Origin: Poseidonia sp.
GTDB lineage: Archaea > Thermoplasmatota > Poseidoniia > Poseidoniales > Poseidoniaceae
DNA length: 64,000 nucleotides
Direction of reading: 5' to 3'
Assembly: GCA_030741355.1 (NCBI GenBank)
Contig: JASLVM010000001.1
Location: forward strand, 10,874 to 74,873
A program made the translations under genes and the position numbers. A model generated the notes under the pieces. That model worked only from the letters and a program-made list of their open reading frames with translations. It did not search any database and was not told where the DNA came from. Of the stretch, positions 53,426-61,837 are shown piece after piece; within the stretch, counting starts at the first letter, position 1; each line of letters starts with the position of its first letter.

Positions 53426-54610
53426 ATGTCAATTAAACTCGGACCAGCAGGCGTTCCACTCTCTTGTAAGGGTCGAACCATCGTCGAAGGAATGGATGAC
53501 ATCATCTCCTTGGGCCTTGAGACCATGGAAGTGCAAACCGTACGAATGGTGGCGCCTCAGCACTTTGAACAGTACTGGCAAGCCGGCGTCTTGGCCAACA
53601 AGACCGACTTTGAAATGAACATCCACGGACCTTACTATTCGGAATTGCTTGGTGGCAAAGTTGAGCGTGGACGCTCCTTGGCCAAGATTGAGGCGACCTT
53701 GCAAGCGGCCCGAACCGTCAACGCTCGCCACATCACCCTCCACACCGGCCACTACGGCGACTTCGGCCGAGGCCATGCAGCCAACCAACAAGTGGCCAAC
53801 GTGTTCTCAGGTATCGTTGACCGTGTTCACGAAATTTGGCACGATGACGAAGATGAATTCCCTGTGTTCCCGTGGATCAAGAACGGAACCCCCTCAAAAA
53901 TCGGTGTTGAAACCTCAGGACGACAAGAACTCTGGGGCAGCCTCGAAGAGGTGCTCGAAGTCGTGAACCACGTCGAGGGGACCGTTCCCGTGCTCAACAT
54001 CGCCCACATTCACGCCAGAGGCCACGGCCAAATGCGCACATCTGAAGACTACGGAGAACTCTTTGATGTCGTTCGTGAAAGCATCGGAACCAAGGAGTTC
54101 TACTGCCATTTCTCGGGTGTAGAACACCGAACTGGAAACGCCATGCACTACACGCAAATCAAGAAGTCGGACCTGAACTTCGAACCCCTTGCAGAATTCA
54201 TCGTTGAGGACGGCGGTTGGCTTGACATCACCCTCATTTCCGATTCGCCACTGCTTGAGCACGATGCGATGTACATGATGCAAAACATCGAGAAATCTCG
54301 ACACAAGCAACTTGAGCGCAAAGCCCGAGAAGACCGACGTCGTGCCCTCGCTTTACAAACCGGGAAGAGTGAGGAAGAACTTCGTTCAAAAGAAACGCAG
54401 ATCGCTCAAGCCCGCAAAACAGCAGCCAAGCCCGCTCCTCCGGCCGAAAAGGCACCGGCAGAACCGGCAAAGGAAGAAAGCGCACCTGCCGAACCTGAAA
54501 AAGCCTCCAAGGCCAAAGCGAGCAAGGCCAAAAAAGAAACAAAGAAGGCTGAGGAAAAGGACGAAGACGATGTCTTTGACTTTGACGAAGAAGACGATGA
54601 TTTGTTTTGA
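53426..54610 (+). CDS. Xylose-isomerase-like TIM-barrel protein, endonuclease IV-related, with K/A/E/P-rich C-terminal tail ending in an acidic-aromatic tip
   Basis: ATG 53426 preceded by GGAGGG (the ORF track starts at TTG 53399). IKLGPAGVPLS, ARHITLHTGHYG and NIAHIHARGHG. Tail AKPAPPAEKAPAEPAKEE...KASKAKASKAKKETKKAEEKDEDDVFDFDEEDDDLF. Confidence 0.6.
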   Translation: MSIKLGPAGVPLSCKGRTIVEGMDDIISLGLETMEVQTVRMVAPQHFEQYWQAGVLANKTDFEMNIHGPYYSELLGGKVERGRSLAKIEATLQAARTVNARHITLHTGHYGDFGRGHAANQQVANVFSGIVDRVHEIWHDDEDEFPVFPWIKNGTPSKIGVETSGRQELWGSLEEVLEVVNHVEGTVPVLNIAHIHARGHGQMRTSEDYGELFDVVRESIGTKEFYCHFSGVEHRTGNAMHYTQIKKSDLNFEPLAEFIVEDGGWLDITLISDSPLLEHDAMYMMQNIEKSRHKQLERKAREDRRRALALQTGKSEEELRSKETQIAQARKTAAKPAPPAEKAPAEPAKEESAPAEPEKASKAKASKAKKETKKAEEKDEDDVFDFDEEDDDLF

Positions 54611-54670
54611 GTGGCCCGTTGAATGACCGGCTCAAATCCGCTGTTTTACAGCCGATGTTGCCCGAAATGG

Positions 54671-54676
54671 TATAAA
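54671..54676 (+). promoter_or_regulatory. TATAAA box upstream of gpsA
   Basis: The tataaa ends 30 nt before ATG 54706. This spacing is consistent with an archaeal TATA box and a short or absent leader. Confidence 0.3.
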
Positions 54677-54705
54677 CCAACGAAGGGGCGAAGTTGACGA
54701 TTGAT

Positions 54706-55704
54706 ATGGCGCACATCGCAGTGTTGGGATTGGGAAATTGGGGGACAGCCATCGCCCGTTTGTGGCTCTTGGAAGGCCACAAGGTCAAGGGCTGGACCAT
54801 TGAGCAGGAAGTCTACGAATCCATCACCATGAACGAAGTGAACGAGAAATACCTCCCGGACCACCCCGTCCCTGGATTGGATGTCACCATGCACCTCAGT
54901 GAGGCCATAGAGGGCAGTGAAATCATCGTCCTGGCCGTCCCTTCATCGGTCATTCTCGATGTCATGGAAGACGTGCTCCCTCACCTTCAGGCCGGCCATG
55001 TTCTGCTCGATTTGGCCAAAGGGTTGGCCCCCGGTAAACGGCTGATCTCCGAGGCCATCCACACACGACTCAAGGAAGAGGGAAAGACCAACCCCTTGGC
55101 GGTGTTGACTGGACCCACCATCGCCCCCGAAGCAGCAGGTGGGGTCATGACCACGGCCTTGGTGGCAAGCGAAGACCAAGCCATCGCCCAGCGCCTTGCT
55201 CAGACCTTGAGCACACCAAGTTTCATCCTCCATCCTGCCAGCGACCCGGTAGGGGCTGAACTTTGGGGGGCTTACAAGAACGTGGTCGCCCTTGCTTGCG
55301 GCCTTGTTGACGGCCTGAAGCAGGTTGGGGACTTGGGAGGAGACAACCTCAAAGCGGCGATTTTCATGTCTGGATTCAAAGAAGGATGCCTGTTGCTGGC
55401 GGAACTTGGAGCACGAGCAGAAGTGGCATTTGGACCGGCGGGCTTGGGCGACATGTACGTGACCGCCACATCACCTCACGGACGAAACAGGTCCATGGGG
55501 GAAAAACTCGGAACGGGTTTGACGTTGGACGACGCGTTGGATGAAATGCACATGGTTGCAGAAGGTGTTCGCGCCTGTCGCATGTTCGTCGAACGAGCAG
55601 AGGATGCGAACCTCAACATCCCCTTCACCAAAGCCCTGAACACGCTGTTGAACGGCGATATCGATGCAGAGGAATGCTGCAGAAGAATGGTTGCGCTCGG
55701 TTGA
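54706..55704 (+). CDS. gpsA: NAD(P)H-dependent sn-glycerol-3-phosphate dehydrogenase
   Basis: IAVLGLGNWGTAIARLW (Rossmann), GPTIAPEAA, KNVVALACGLVDG and MVAEGV are typical GpsA motifs. ORF opens on TTG 54694; ATG at 54706. Confidence 0.85.
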   Translation: MAHIAVLGLGNWGTAIARLWLLEGHKVKGWTIEQEVYESITMNEVNEKYLPDHPVPGLDVTMHLSEAIEGSEIIVLAVPSSVILDVMEDVLPHLQAGHVLLDLAKGLAPGKRLISEAIHTRLKEEGKTNPLAVLTGPTIAPEAAGGVMTTALVASEDQAIAQRLAQTLSTPSFILHPASDPVGAELWGAYKNVVALACGLVDGLKQVGDLGGDNLKAAIFMSGFKEGCLLLAELGARAEVAFGPAGLGDMYVTATSPHGRNRSMGEKLGTGLTLDDALDEMHMVAEGVRACRMFVERAEDANLNIPFTKALNTLLNGDIDAEECCRRMVALG

Positions 55705-55746
55705 GCCTATCGGTGACATTTTGAGTCGGGGCCCCTTGTCCAAAGC

Positions 55747-55962
55747 ATGGCCGACGAATTGACAGAGTTTGAGACGAAGCTGTTGAAGTGGCTTGTCAAG
55801 AGCGATTTCCACATTCAACCGTGGTCCAGCAAGGATGCTGCCAAGGCTTTCAAGGTCAAGGAAGATGAAATTTACGAAGCCGTGGCTGCCCTCTCAAAGA
55901 AGGCTGCTGACCAAATTCAAATCTTTTACAAAGACGGCCACGTCCACATCGCCGCCGATTGA
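55747..55962 (+). CDS. Small hypothetical protein (71 aa), possibly winged-helix-like
   Basis: ORF with ATG. Helical N-terminus (ELTEFETKLLKWLVKS). No family recognised. Confidence 0.35.
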   Translation: MADELTEFETKLLKWLVKSDFHIQPWSSKDAAKAFKVKEDEIYEAVAALSKKAADQIQIFYKDGHVHIAAD

Positions 55963-55963
55963 A

Positions 55964-56851
55964 TCACTTCAGTGAATCAGCCTGAGACTTCTCTTCGGTT
56001 TTCTTGAGGAGCAAGTTCATCCAAGTCGGCCTTCTCACGTCGCCCTGCTCGTTCACGAACGAACGGGCGAAGAGCGAAATCAAATCGATAATGATCACGA
56101 CCACGAAAATCAAGATCAACAAAGCGAAGACCTTCTCGTACTGAAAGAACTTGAGATAGTTGGTGATGTAGTAACCGATGCCACCCGCCCCAACGATGCC
56201 GATAACGGTCCCATGGCGGACATTATACTCGAACATGAAAATCAACTGGCTGAGAAGATGATTGCTGTTCTCTGGAATCACGATGTTGGTTGCGATGGCC
56301 CTGCTGGAGAGGCCCATGGCGCGACCGGCCTCGATAGGCCCGCTGTTCATCCCCTCGAAGGTTTCATACTGCAATTTACCGAGGTAACCAATGGTGTAGA
56401 AGCTCATGGCCAACACCCCGGAAAGAGGGCCAAGTCCGATGACGACGACAAAGAGAAGCGCCCAAATCAGACTTGGTAAACTCCTCACGGCTGCAAGGAG
56501 AATCCGAACGGGAATTGAAATCCAAACCGATTGGAGGTTGCGAGCGGCCAGCGGCGACAAGAGAATGGCCCCAAGGAAACCAAGGATGGTCGATACAAAG
56601 GCGATTTTCAAGGTCTCGACCATCCCAATGTACCCAATGGAGCAGGTGAATTCGAGGCGAGACTCGCACTCAGGATAGGTTCGTGGCTCAAGGACGCTCC
56701 AGTCGGGTGGCCACATGCTCTCGGTAAAGAAGACCACAAAATCACTCAATCCATCGCCGAATCGACCCCAATCCCCGCCAGCGAGGTCGCTCAGAAGCGC
56801 CAACGCCAGCAGACTCAAGGCCCCGATGATGACGAAGAGCCGGATTTTCAT
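55964..56851 (-). CDS. phnE: Phosphonate-type ABC transporter permease
   Basis: MVETLKIAFVSTILGFLGAILLSPLAARN plus BPD_transp_1-like helices. The ATG overlaps the phnC stop (ATGA). Confidence 0.75.
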   Translation of the reverse strand: MKIRLFVIIGALSLLALALLSDLAGGDWGRFGDGLSDFVVFFTESMWPPDWSVLEPRTYPECESRLEFTCSIGYIGMVETLKIAFVSTILGFLGAILLSPLAARNLQSVWISIPVRILLAAVRSLPSLIWALLFVVVIGLGPLSGVLAMSFYTIGYLGKLQYETFEGMNSGPIEAGRAMGLSSRAIATNIVIPENSNHLLSQLIFMFEYNVRHGTVIGIVGAGGIGYYITNYLKFFQYEKVFALLILIFVVVIIIDLISLFARSFVNEQGDVRRPTWMNLLLKKTEEKSQADSLK

Positions 56852-57564
56852 TCCGTTTCACCTTCCATCCGGCGTTTTTTCCACGCCTCAACAGTTAGAT
56901 CAGAAAAACGTCCATCGTTGAGTTCCCAAACACGCGTGGCGTACTTGAGTGCGTGTTCCTCATGGTGCTCAACCATGATGAGGCTGCAGCCTTTTGCGAG
57001 GAGAGGAAACACGGCCTCCATCACGCCCGTGGCGTTGATGTCGTCCAGTTCGCTGAGGAATTCATCGGCAAGGATGAGTTGGGGGCGCTGCGCCAGGGTC
57101 CGAGCTGTCGCCACACGCCGTTTTTGTCCACCGGAGAGCCGACGCACCGGTTCGGATGCTTTGTGGTCCATGCCAACCGCAGAAAGGGCTTTCATCACTC
57201 GCTCGCGACGCTCAGCATACATTCCAAACGACCATTTCATTCGCACACCGGCTCCAAGAGCGACGTTGTGAGCCACCGTTGCATGGCGAACAAGACCGAG
57301 GTTTTGCGGGATGTATCCCAGACCACCGGCCGGTTCCACGTGAAGTTCCGAACGCCCTCCCAACGGCATAACCAAATTTGCAACGGTGCGCAGCAGGGTG
57401 GTTTTCCCAATCCCAGAGGGGCCGAGGATGACCACGATTTCCCCCGGACCAACCGTGAGACTGATCGGGTCAGAAAGCGGCTCATCATACCCGATAACGA
57501 GGTCGGAAAGGGAGAGGAGTTCAGTTTTCAAGGGACCCTCTCCACCCCGAACGAAAGGGAACAC
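56848..57564 (-). CDS. phnC: Phosphonate-type ABC transporter ATP-binding protein
   Basis: Walker A GPSGIGKTTLL, signature LSGGQKRRVATA, Walker B LILADEFLSELD. GTG start. The phn assignment rests on coupling to phnE. Confidence 0.7.
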   Translation of the reverse strand: MFPFVRGGEGPLKTELLSLSDLVIGYDEPLSDPISLTVGPGEIVVILGPSGIGKTTLLRTVANLVMPLGGRSELHVEPAGGLGYIPQNLGLVRHATVAHNVALGAGVRMKWSFGMYAERRERVMKALSAVGMDHKASEPVRRLSGGQKRRVATARTLAQRPQLILADEFLSELDDINATGVMEAVFPLLAKGCSLIMVEHHEEHALKYATRVWELNDGRFSDLTVEAWKKRRMEGETE

Positions 57565-57570
57565 CTTTTC

Positions 57571-57592
57571 AAGTTTAGTCTTCCCTAAACTT
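57571..57592. other. Perfect 8-bp-stem/6-nt-loop hairpin in the 39-nt spacer between two minus-strand operons
   Basis: The sequence is aagtttag-tcttcc-ctaaactt. It lies between the HugZ-like gene stop (57604) and the phnC start (57564). Confidence 0.4.
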
Positions 57593-57603
57593 TCTCGTTT
57601 TAC

Positions 57604-58434
57604 TCAGGATGCGAGTTTCTTTCTGGCTTCTTTGACCATGCGAACAAGTTCAATCCGGGCTTCATCTGGCGTTTCTACTTCATGGGAAAAGGCGATTCTG
57701 ATTGGGTGTACGCCATCGGTTTGCGTTGCATCCATCTCAAAACCATAGCGATCAATACCGGTCATTACGGCAGATTGCACGTTTTGGGCATCGCTCATGG
57801 TTTCGCAGTACAGCACCATGGCATCCTCATGATCTTCGTTCATGTGCGTGATGATTTCGTGTGCGTGCTCAGACAAGGGGTCGGGCTCTGCCGTTATCCA
57901 GTCATCGTGTTCAAACCAAGACATTTTGCCGAAGCCACCGATGTAACGGACAGCAGAGACTTCCAACCCGAAGAAGAAAAAATCGCGGAAGTCGACATAG
58001 GCTACCGCTGATGGATGGTGGCGAAGGTAGGTCTCTCTCGCTGCCCCAACCTCTTCCTCATCCAGTTTCCGGCAGGCTCCAACAAGCGTCACACGAGCCG
58101 ATGCGAGTGGGTTTTCCGCTGAATTTTCCGAAATCAGAAGCGAAGCTTTTGGATTCTTCATCAGATTCTTGGTGTGCTCTGCCAATCCGCTGATCAGAAA
58201 AATAGGCTGGCCTTCGTGCATCGCATAGGTCACAAAGGAGCCATAGGGGTGGCCGTCGTGTTGTTTTGAGATGCTGCACAACGTCGCTGTGACATGTTGC
58301 TGGGCGAGCGTTCTTGCCTCTTCGGCATGCGATGAACGCCGAGTTTCGGGGTCGTAAAGTCGCTTTTGTGGCTTCATTTTGCTTCCATCGGCCATGGTGT
58401 GGCCGCTGTTTTTTGGTTGTTCTTTTATGCTCAT
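57604..58434 (-). CDS. HugZ/ChuZ-like haem-utilisation protein (PNPOx-like split barrel + DUF2470)
   Basis: ATLCSISKQHDGHPYGSFVTYAMHEGQPIFLISGLAEHTKNL (split-barrel) and C-terminal ITHMNEDHEDAMVLYC (DUF2470 HMNxDHxDA motif). AGGAGAT upstream. Confidence 0.7.
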   Translation of the reverse strand: MSIKEQPKNSGHTMADGSKMKPQKRLYDPETRRSSHAEEARTLAQQHVTATLCSISKQHDGHPYGSFVTYAMHEGQPIFLISGLAEHTKNLMKNPKASLLISENSAENPLASARVTLVGACRKLDEEEVGAARETYLRHHPSAVAYVDFRDFFFFGLEVSAVRYIGGFGKMSWFEHDDWITAEPDPLSEHAHEIITHMNEDHEDAMVLYCETMSDAQNVQSAVMTGIDRYGFEMDATQTDGVHPIRIAFSHEVETPDEARIELVRMVKEARKKLAS

Positions 58435-58451
58435 TTTTTCATCTCCTGAAT

Positions 58452-58901
58452 TTATTCAATCGTTTTCATTTCCTTGATTGAAGATTCCGTCCAATAGGCA
58501 GCGTCGTCTTCGTAATCGGTATCACAATCCATTCGTTCAATCAAGCGATTTGCACCTTTCTCGTTCAGAACCGCATCCCATTCCCTGCCTGATTCACAGA
58601 AGAGGTCGAAGGCAGTATCCCCAAGGGCGAGAACACCGTAATTGAGGCCTGACAAGACGCCTTCTGCACAATCTGAAACCGCATCAAACAATTCCTGAGC
58701 ATTGTCTGGTTGTTCGCCATCACCCCACGTACTGCAAAAAATGAGCAACCTCCGAACGTTGCAAAGTTCATCAACATCGATTTGATCCATGCCTCGAACA
58801 TCCGCCTCGAACCCCTGCTCATTGGCATGTTTGCCAGCATCCATGGCCAATAATTCTGCGTTCCCGGTCTCCGTTCCATATAATATCGTCAATTTTTTCA
58901 T
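58452..58901 (-). CDS. Flavodoxin
   Basis: MKKLTILYGTETGNAE FMN-phosphate loop, STWGDGEQPDN, LALGDTAFDLFC. 149 aa. AGGTGAT upstream. Confidence 0.8.
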   Translation of the reverse strand: MKKLTILYGTETGNAELLAMDAGKHANEQGFEADVRGMDQIDVDELCNVRRLLIFCSTWGDGEQPDNAQELFDAVSDCAEGVLSGLNYGVLALGDTAFDLFCESGREWDAVLNEKGANRLIERMDCDTDYEDDAAYWTESSIKEMKTIE

Positions 58902-58912
58902 TCTTCATCACC

Positions 58913-59701
58913 TTAGTCGTTTTTCAGTGCAGCCTGAATGGTAATTCGAAGCGACCCCGAGTCTTCTCGAACCTCGGCTTCAACGCCGAACACTTCGGCA
59001 ATCAGTTCAACGGTCAGGACCTCCTTTGGTGGCCCATAAGCTCTAATTTTTCCATCGTGAAGCAACATAATTTTGTCAGAGAACCGTGCTGCAACATCGA
59101 TATCATGAATGGCGATAATCGCAGAGGAGGGCGCCGTCCGGTCGCCAACCACACTGCGAATTTTTTCCATGGTGGTGATTTGATGCTTGAGGTCGAGATC
59201 GCTCGTCGGTTCATCCAGCAGATACAACTTCGGTTCCTGAGCGAGCGCTTTTGCGAGAACCACACGCTGTCGTTCTCCACCAGAGAGTTGGTCGTACCTG
59301 CGAAAGGCGAAATCATGGATGCCAAGGAAATGTAAACACTCACTCACTTTGTCTCTGTCGCCGTCTCCAACAAACCACTGGAGATGAGGGCGACGACCAA
59401 GCAGAACAACGTCAAAGACATTCATCGGAAAGTTGGTGCCCACGCTTTGAGGAACATAGGCGACTTGCCTCGCCACATCCATGATGGTCATGCCCAATAC
59501 ATCGCTTGAGAGCAAATGAATGGAGCCTGAAGAGGGCGATAAAATCCGGTTAATGCACTTCAACAGGGTTGTTTTCCCCGCCCCATTCACACCGAGCACC
59601 GAGACGAGTTGATTTGGCCCAACATCAAAGTTGAGATCTTCCAATACGGTTCGCCCAGGCCAAGAAAAGGACAAATCGTGAACGGCCAGAAAGTCACTCA
59701 T
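58913..59701 (-). CDS. Iron-chelate/haem-type ABC transporter ATP-binding protein (FepC/HmuV class)
   Basis: GVNGAGKTTLL, LSGGERQRVVLAKAL and LYLLDEPTSDLD. ATG 59701 overlaps the permease stop (ATGA). The ORF extension to 59845 is not used. Confidence 0.85.
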   Translation of the reverse strand: MSDFLAVHDLSFSWPGRTVLEDLNFDVGPNQLVSVLGVNGAGKTTLLKCINRILSPSSGSIHLLSSDVLGMTIMDVARQVAYVPQSVGTNFPMNVFDVVLLGRRPHLQWFVGDGDRDKVSECLHFLGIHDFAFRRYDQLSGGERQRVVLAKALAQEPKLYLLDEPTSDLDLKHQITTMEKIRSVVGDRTAPSSAIIAIHDIDVAARFSDKIMLLHDGKIRAYGPPKEVLTVELIAEVFGVEAEVREDSGSLRITIQAALKND

Positions 59702-60741
59702 CGTTGAACCCCCTTTGATTGAAGCAGGAGATACATGAAGACCGGACCTCCGATCACCGCCAACATGATGCCAACAGGAATCACGATGGGGGCGAAAAGG
59801 GTGCGGCCAATGGTATCTGCGAACACCATCAAAAAAGCTCCACAAACCGCAGAAGCAGGGAGAAGTTTTCGATAGTCGTTCCCGATGATGAGGCGACTCA
59901 TGTGAGGGGCGGCAAGACCCACGAAACCAATCATGCCGGTGAAGGCGATGATCAAGGACGTCATCAGGGCTGAAAGGACGAGGATGTTTCGCCGGATGCG
60001 CATAGGATTCACACCTGTGGAAATGGCAAAATCATCGCCCCCCATGGCCAGAGCGTTGAGATCCCAAGACCACATCATGGCTTGGGGCAGTAAGGCCACA
60101 ATGCAGATGCCTACGGCGAGAACCACCGCCATGTCGGGACGTGAAAGACTCCCAAATGACCAGTGGGCAAGTTGAGACAATTGGGCATCTGTGGCAAAGA
60201 ACTGGAGCGTTGAAACGACTGCTCCTGCGATGAACGTGATGGCGATACCAACCAAAATGTATGATTCTGCACTGATGGAACGGTATCGCCCCAATTGGAT
60301 GATGATAAAGACCACGAGAAGAGAGAAGATAAACGCATTTCCTGCAATGGCAAAAGCCCCAATGCTGGTGATACTAAAACCCACAACAATGGCCAAAGCT
60401 GCACCAAGAGCAGCGCCTGAAGCAACGCCCAAGGTGAGTGGGGAAACCAATGGATTTCCAAGGCAGCCTTGCATGAGCGCCCCTGCGGTGGCTAAGCCAA
60501 CACCACCGACAATGGCCATCAACACACGAGGGAGTCGTAACTCCCAAATGATGGCGGACTGGACGCTGGTGGCGTCGTCGAGGCCCAACACGATTCGTGC
60601 CGTGGTGATGACATCAAGTTGGCTTGATGAGCCTTGACCAAGAGCCACTAAGCTGACAAAGGCGGTCAGCATGCACATGAGGCCAATCTTCACCAGTTGA
60701 GAATGGCCACGTTCTTGATGTTGAAGAGAGAGAGAGTTCAC
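59698..60741 (-). CDS. FecCD-family ABC permease
   Basis: RLPRVLMAIVGGVGLATAGALMQ and GMIGFVGLAAPHMSRL are FecCD motifs. Probable GTG start at 60741 behind GGTGAGG (alternative ATG at 60789 or 60837). Confidence 0.85.
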   Translation of the reverse strand: MNSLSLQHQERGHSQLVKIGLMCMLTAFVSLVALGQGSSSQLDVITTARIVLGLDDATSVQSAIIWELRLPRVLMAIVGGVGLATAGALMQGCLGNPLVSPLTLGVASGAALGAALAIVVGFSITSIGAFAIAGNAFIFSLLVVFIIIQLGRYRSISAESYILVGIAITFIAGAVVSTLQFFATDAQLSQLAHWSFGSLSRPDMAVVLAVGICIVALLPQAMMWSWDLNALAMGGDDFAISTGVNPMRIRRNILVLSALMTSLIIAFTGMIGFVGLAAPHMSRLIIGNDYRKLLPASAVCGAFLMVFADTIGRTLFAPIVIPVGIMLAVIGGPVFMYLLLQSKGVQR

Positions 60742-60745
60742 CGCC

Positions 60746-61837
60746 TCACCCCTGTGATGAACAAGAGAATGTCCCTGTTCGTTCGACATCGAAAAATTCT
60801 GAATAAAAGGTGTCCAAGTAGGATGTCGCATCGACATCTTCGAAGGTCGATGGGTGAAGGTGTTTGGCGAGTGTAGGCAAACCGTAAACCATCATTGGAC
60901 CTGCAAACTCACCTGAAAGAATCAACATTCGGTCTTCATCAACTGCCTGCATCCCATCAAATCCGGGACGATCACGAATGGATTGCATGTGCGTTCCACA
61001 TTTGTTTTCAGAATCGTACCGATCAAAGCCCAGGTCGAAAGTGATGCCATCGAACATCAACACCTCTGGGTCGGCATCGATGATGGCCTCCATGTCCACG
61101 TGGGTGGTGTGTCCGGGCAAATCGGCAAACACATTGACTCCACCTGCCATTTGGATAAGGTCTGTCCATTGAGAGGTGCCTGTCAAGACGACCGGGTCTC
61201 GGGTCAATGAAGCATGATGTTCCATGACCACTTCAGGTCGTTCGTCGCTGGAAACGGTGCTTATGCGGGCCTCAACCATGGCCTCAATGGTGTCAAAGTT
61301 CTCATAGAGAGCATCAGCGGCATCCCTCCGGTCAAACACATCGGCTAACACACCAATCTCATACCGAAGGGAATCGTATTTGTAGAAATCAAGCGCAAGA
61401 ACGTGGATGCCGACGGGCGTGAGTTTGTGGCGAATCGCTTCGGTATCCACCATTCCATTGGTGGCAAAAACGATGTAAACATCGGGGCGGGTGTCCAAGA
61501 GTGCTTCAAAATCGATTTCAGAGTGTGCTGAATTTTGAATCATCGTCGTCGAGGTAAATTCCGGCCAAAGGTCGCTGTTGTCAAAATCGCCAGAAACACC
61601 CACGACAACAGCAGGATCGACACCGAGCATTTTCATCACGGTCGCAGCATAAGTATTCGTTAATGCGACCCGTTGAGGTGCTTCATCAAAGGTAAAAGTG
61701 ACACCGTTAGAATCGACCACGCTCTTCTCGCCCTCTGCCTCGATGAGCAGGTCGGATTGAGCAAAATCGTAGAGTTTCCAACTTGCCAAGAGAATAAACG
61801 ACACCTGCAAGAGAGCGACAAAGTTTTGTCTGTTCAT
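60746..61837 (-). CDS. Peripla_BP_2-type substrate-binding protein (haem/siderophore/cobalamin class), N-terminal TM anchor
   Basis: N-terminal VALLQVSFILLASW. RVALTNTYAATVMKMLGVD and PDVYIVFAT are typical of class III binding proteins. The ATG overlaps the upstream stop (ATGA). Confidence 0.7.
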   Translation of the reverse strand: MNRQNFVALLQVSFILLASWKLYDFAQSDLLIEAEGEKSVVDSNGVTFTFDEAPQRVALTNTYAATVMKMLGVDPAVVVGVSGDFDNSDLWPEFTSTTMIQNSAHSEIDFEALLDTRPDVYIVFATNGMVDTEAIRHKLTPVGIHVLALDFYKYDSLRYEIGVLADVFDRRDAADALYENFDTIEAMVEARISTVSSDERPEVVMEHHASLTRDPVVLTGTSQWTDLIQMAGGVNVFADLPGHTTHVDMEAIIDADPEVLMFDGITFDLGFDRYDSENKCGTHMQSIRDRPGFDGMQAVDEDRMLILSGEFAGPMMVYGLPTLAKHLHPSTFEDVDATSYLDTFYSEFFDVERTGTFSCSSQG

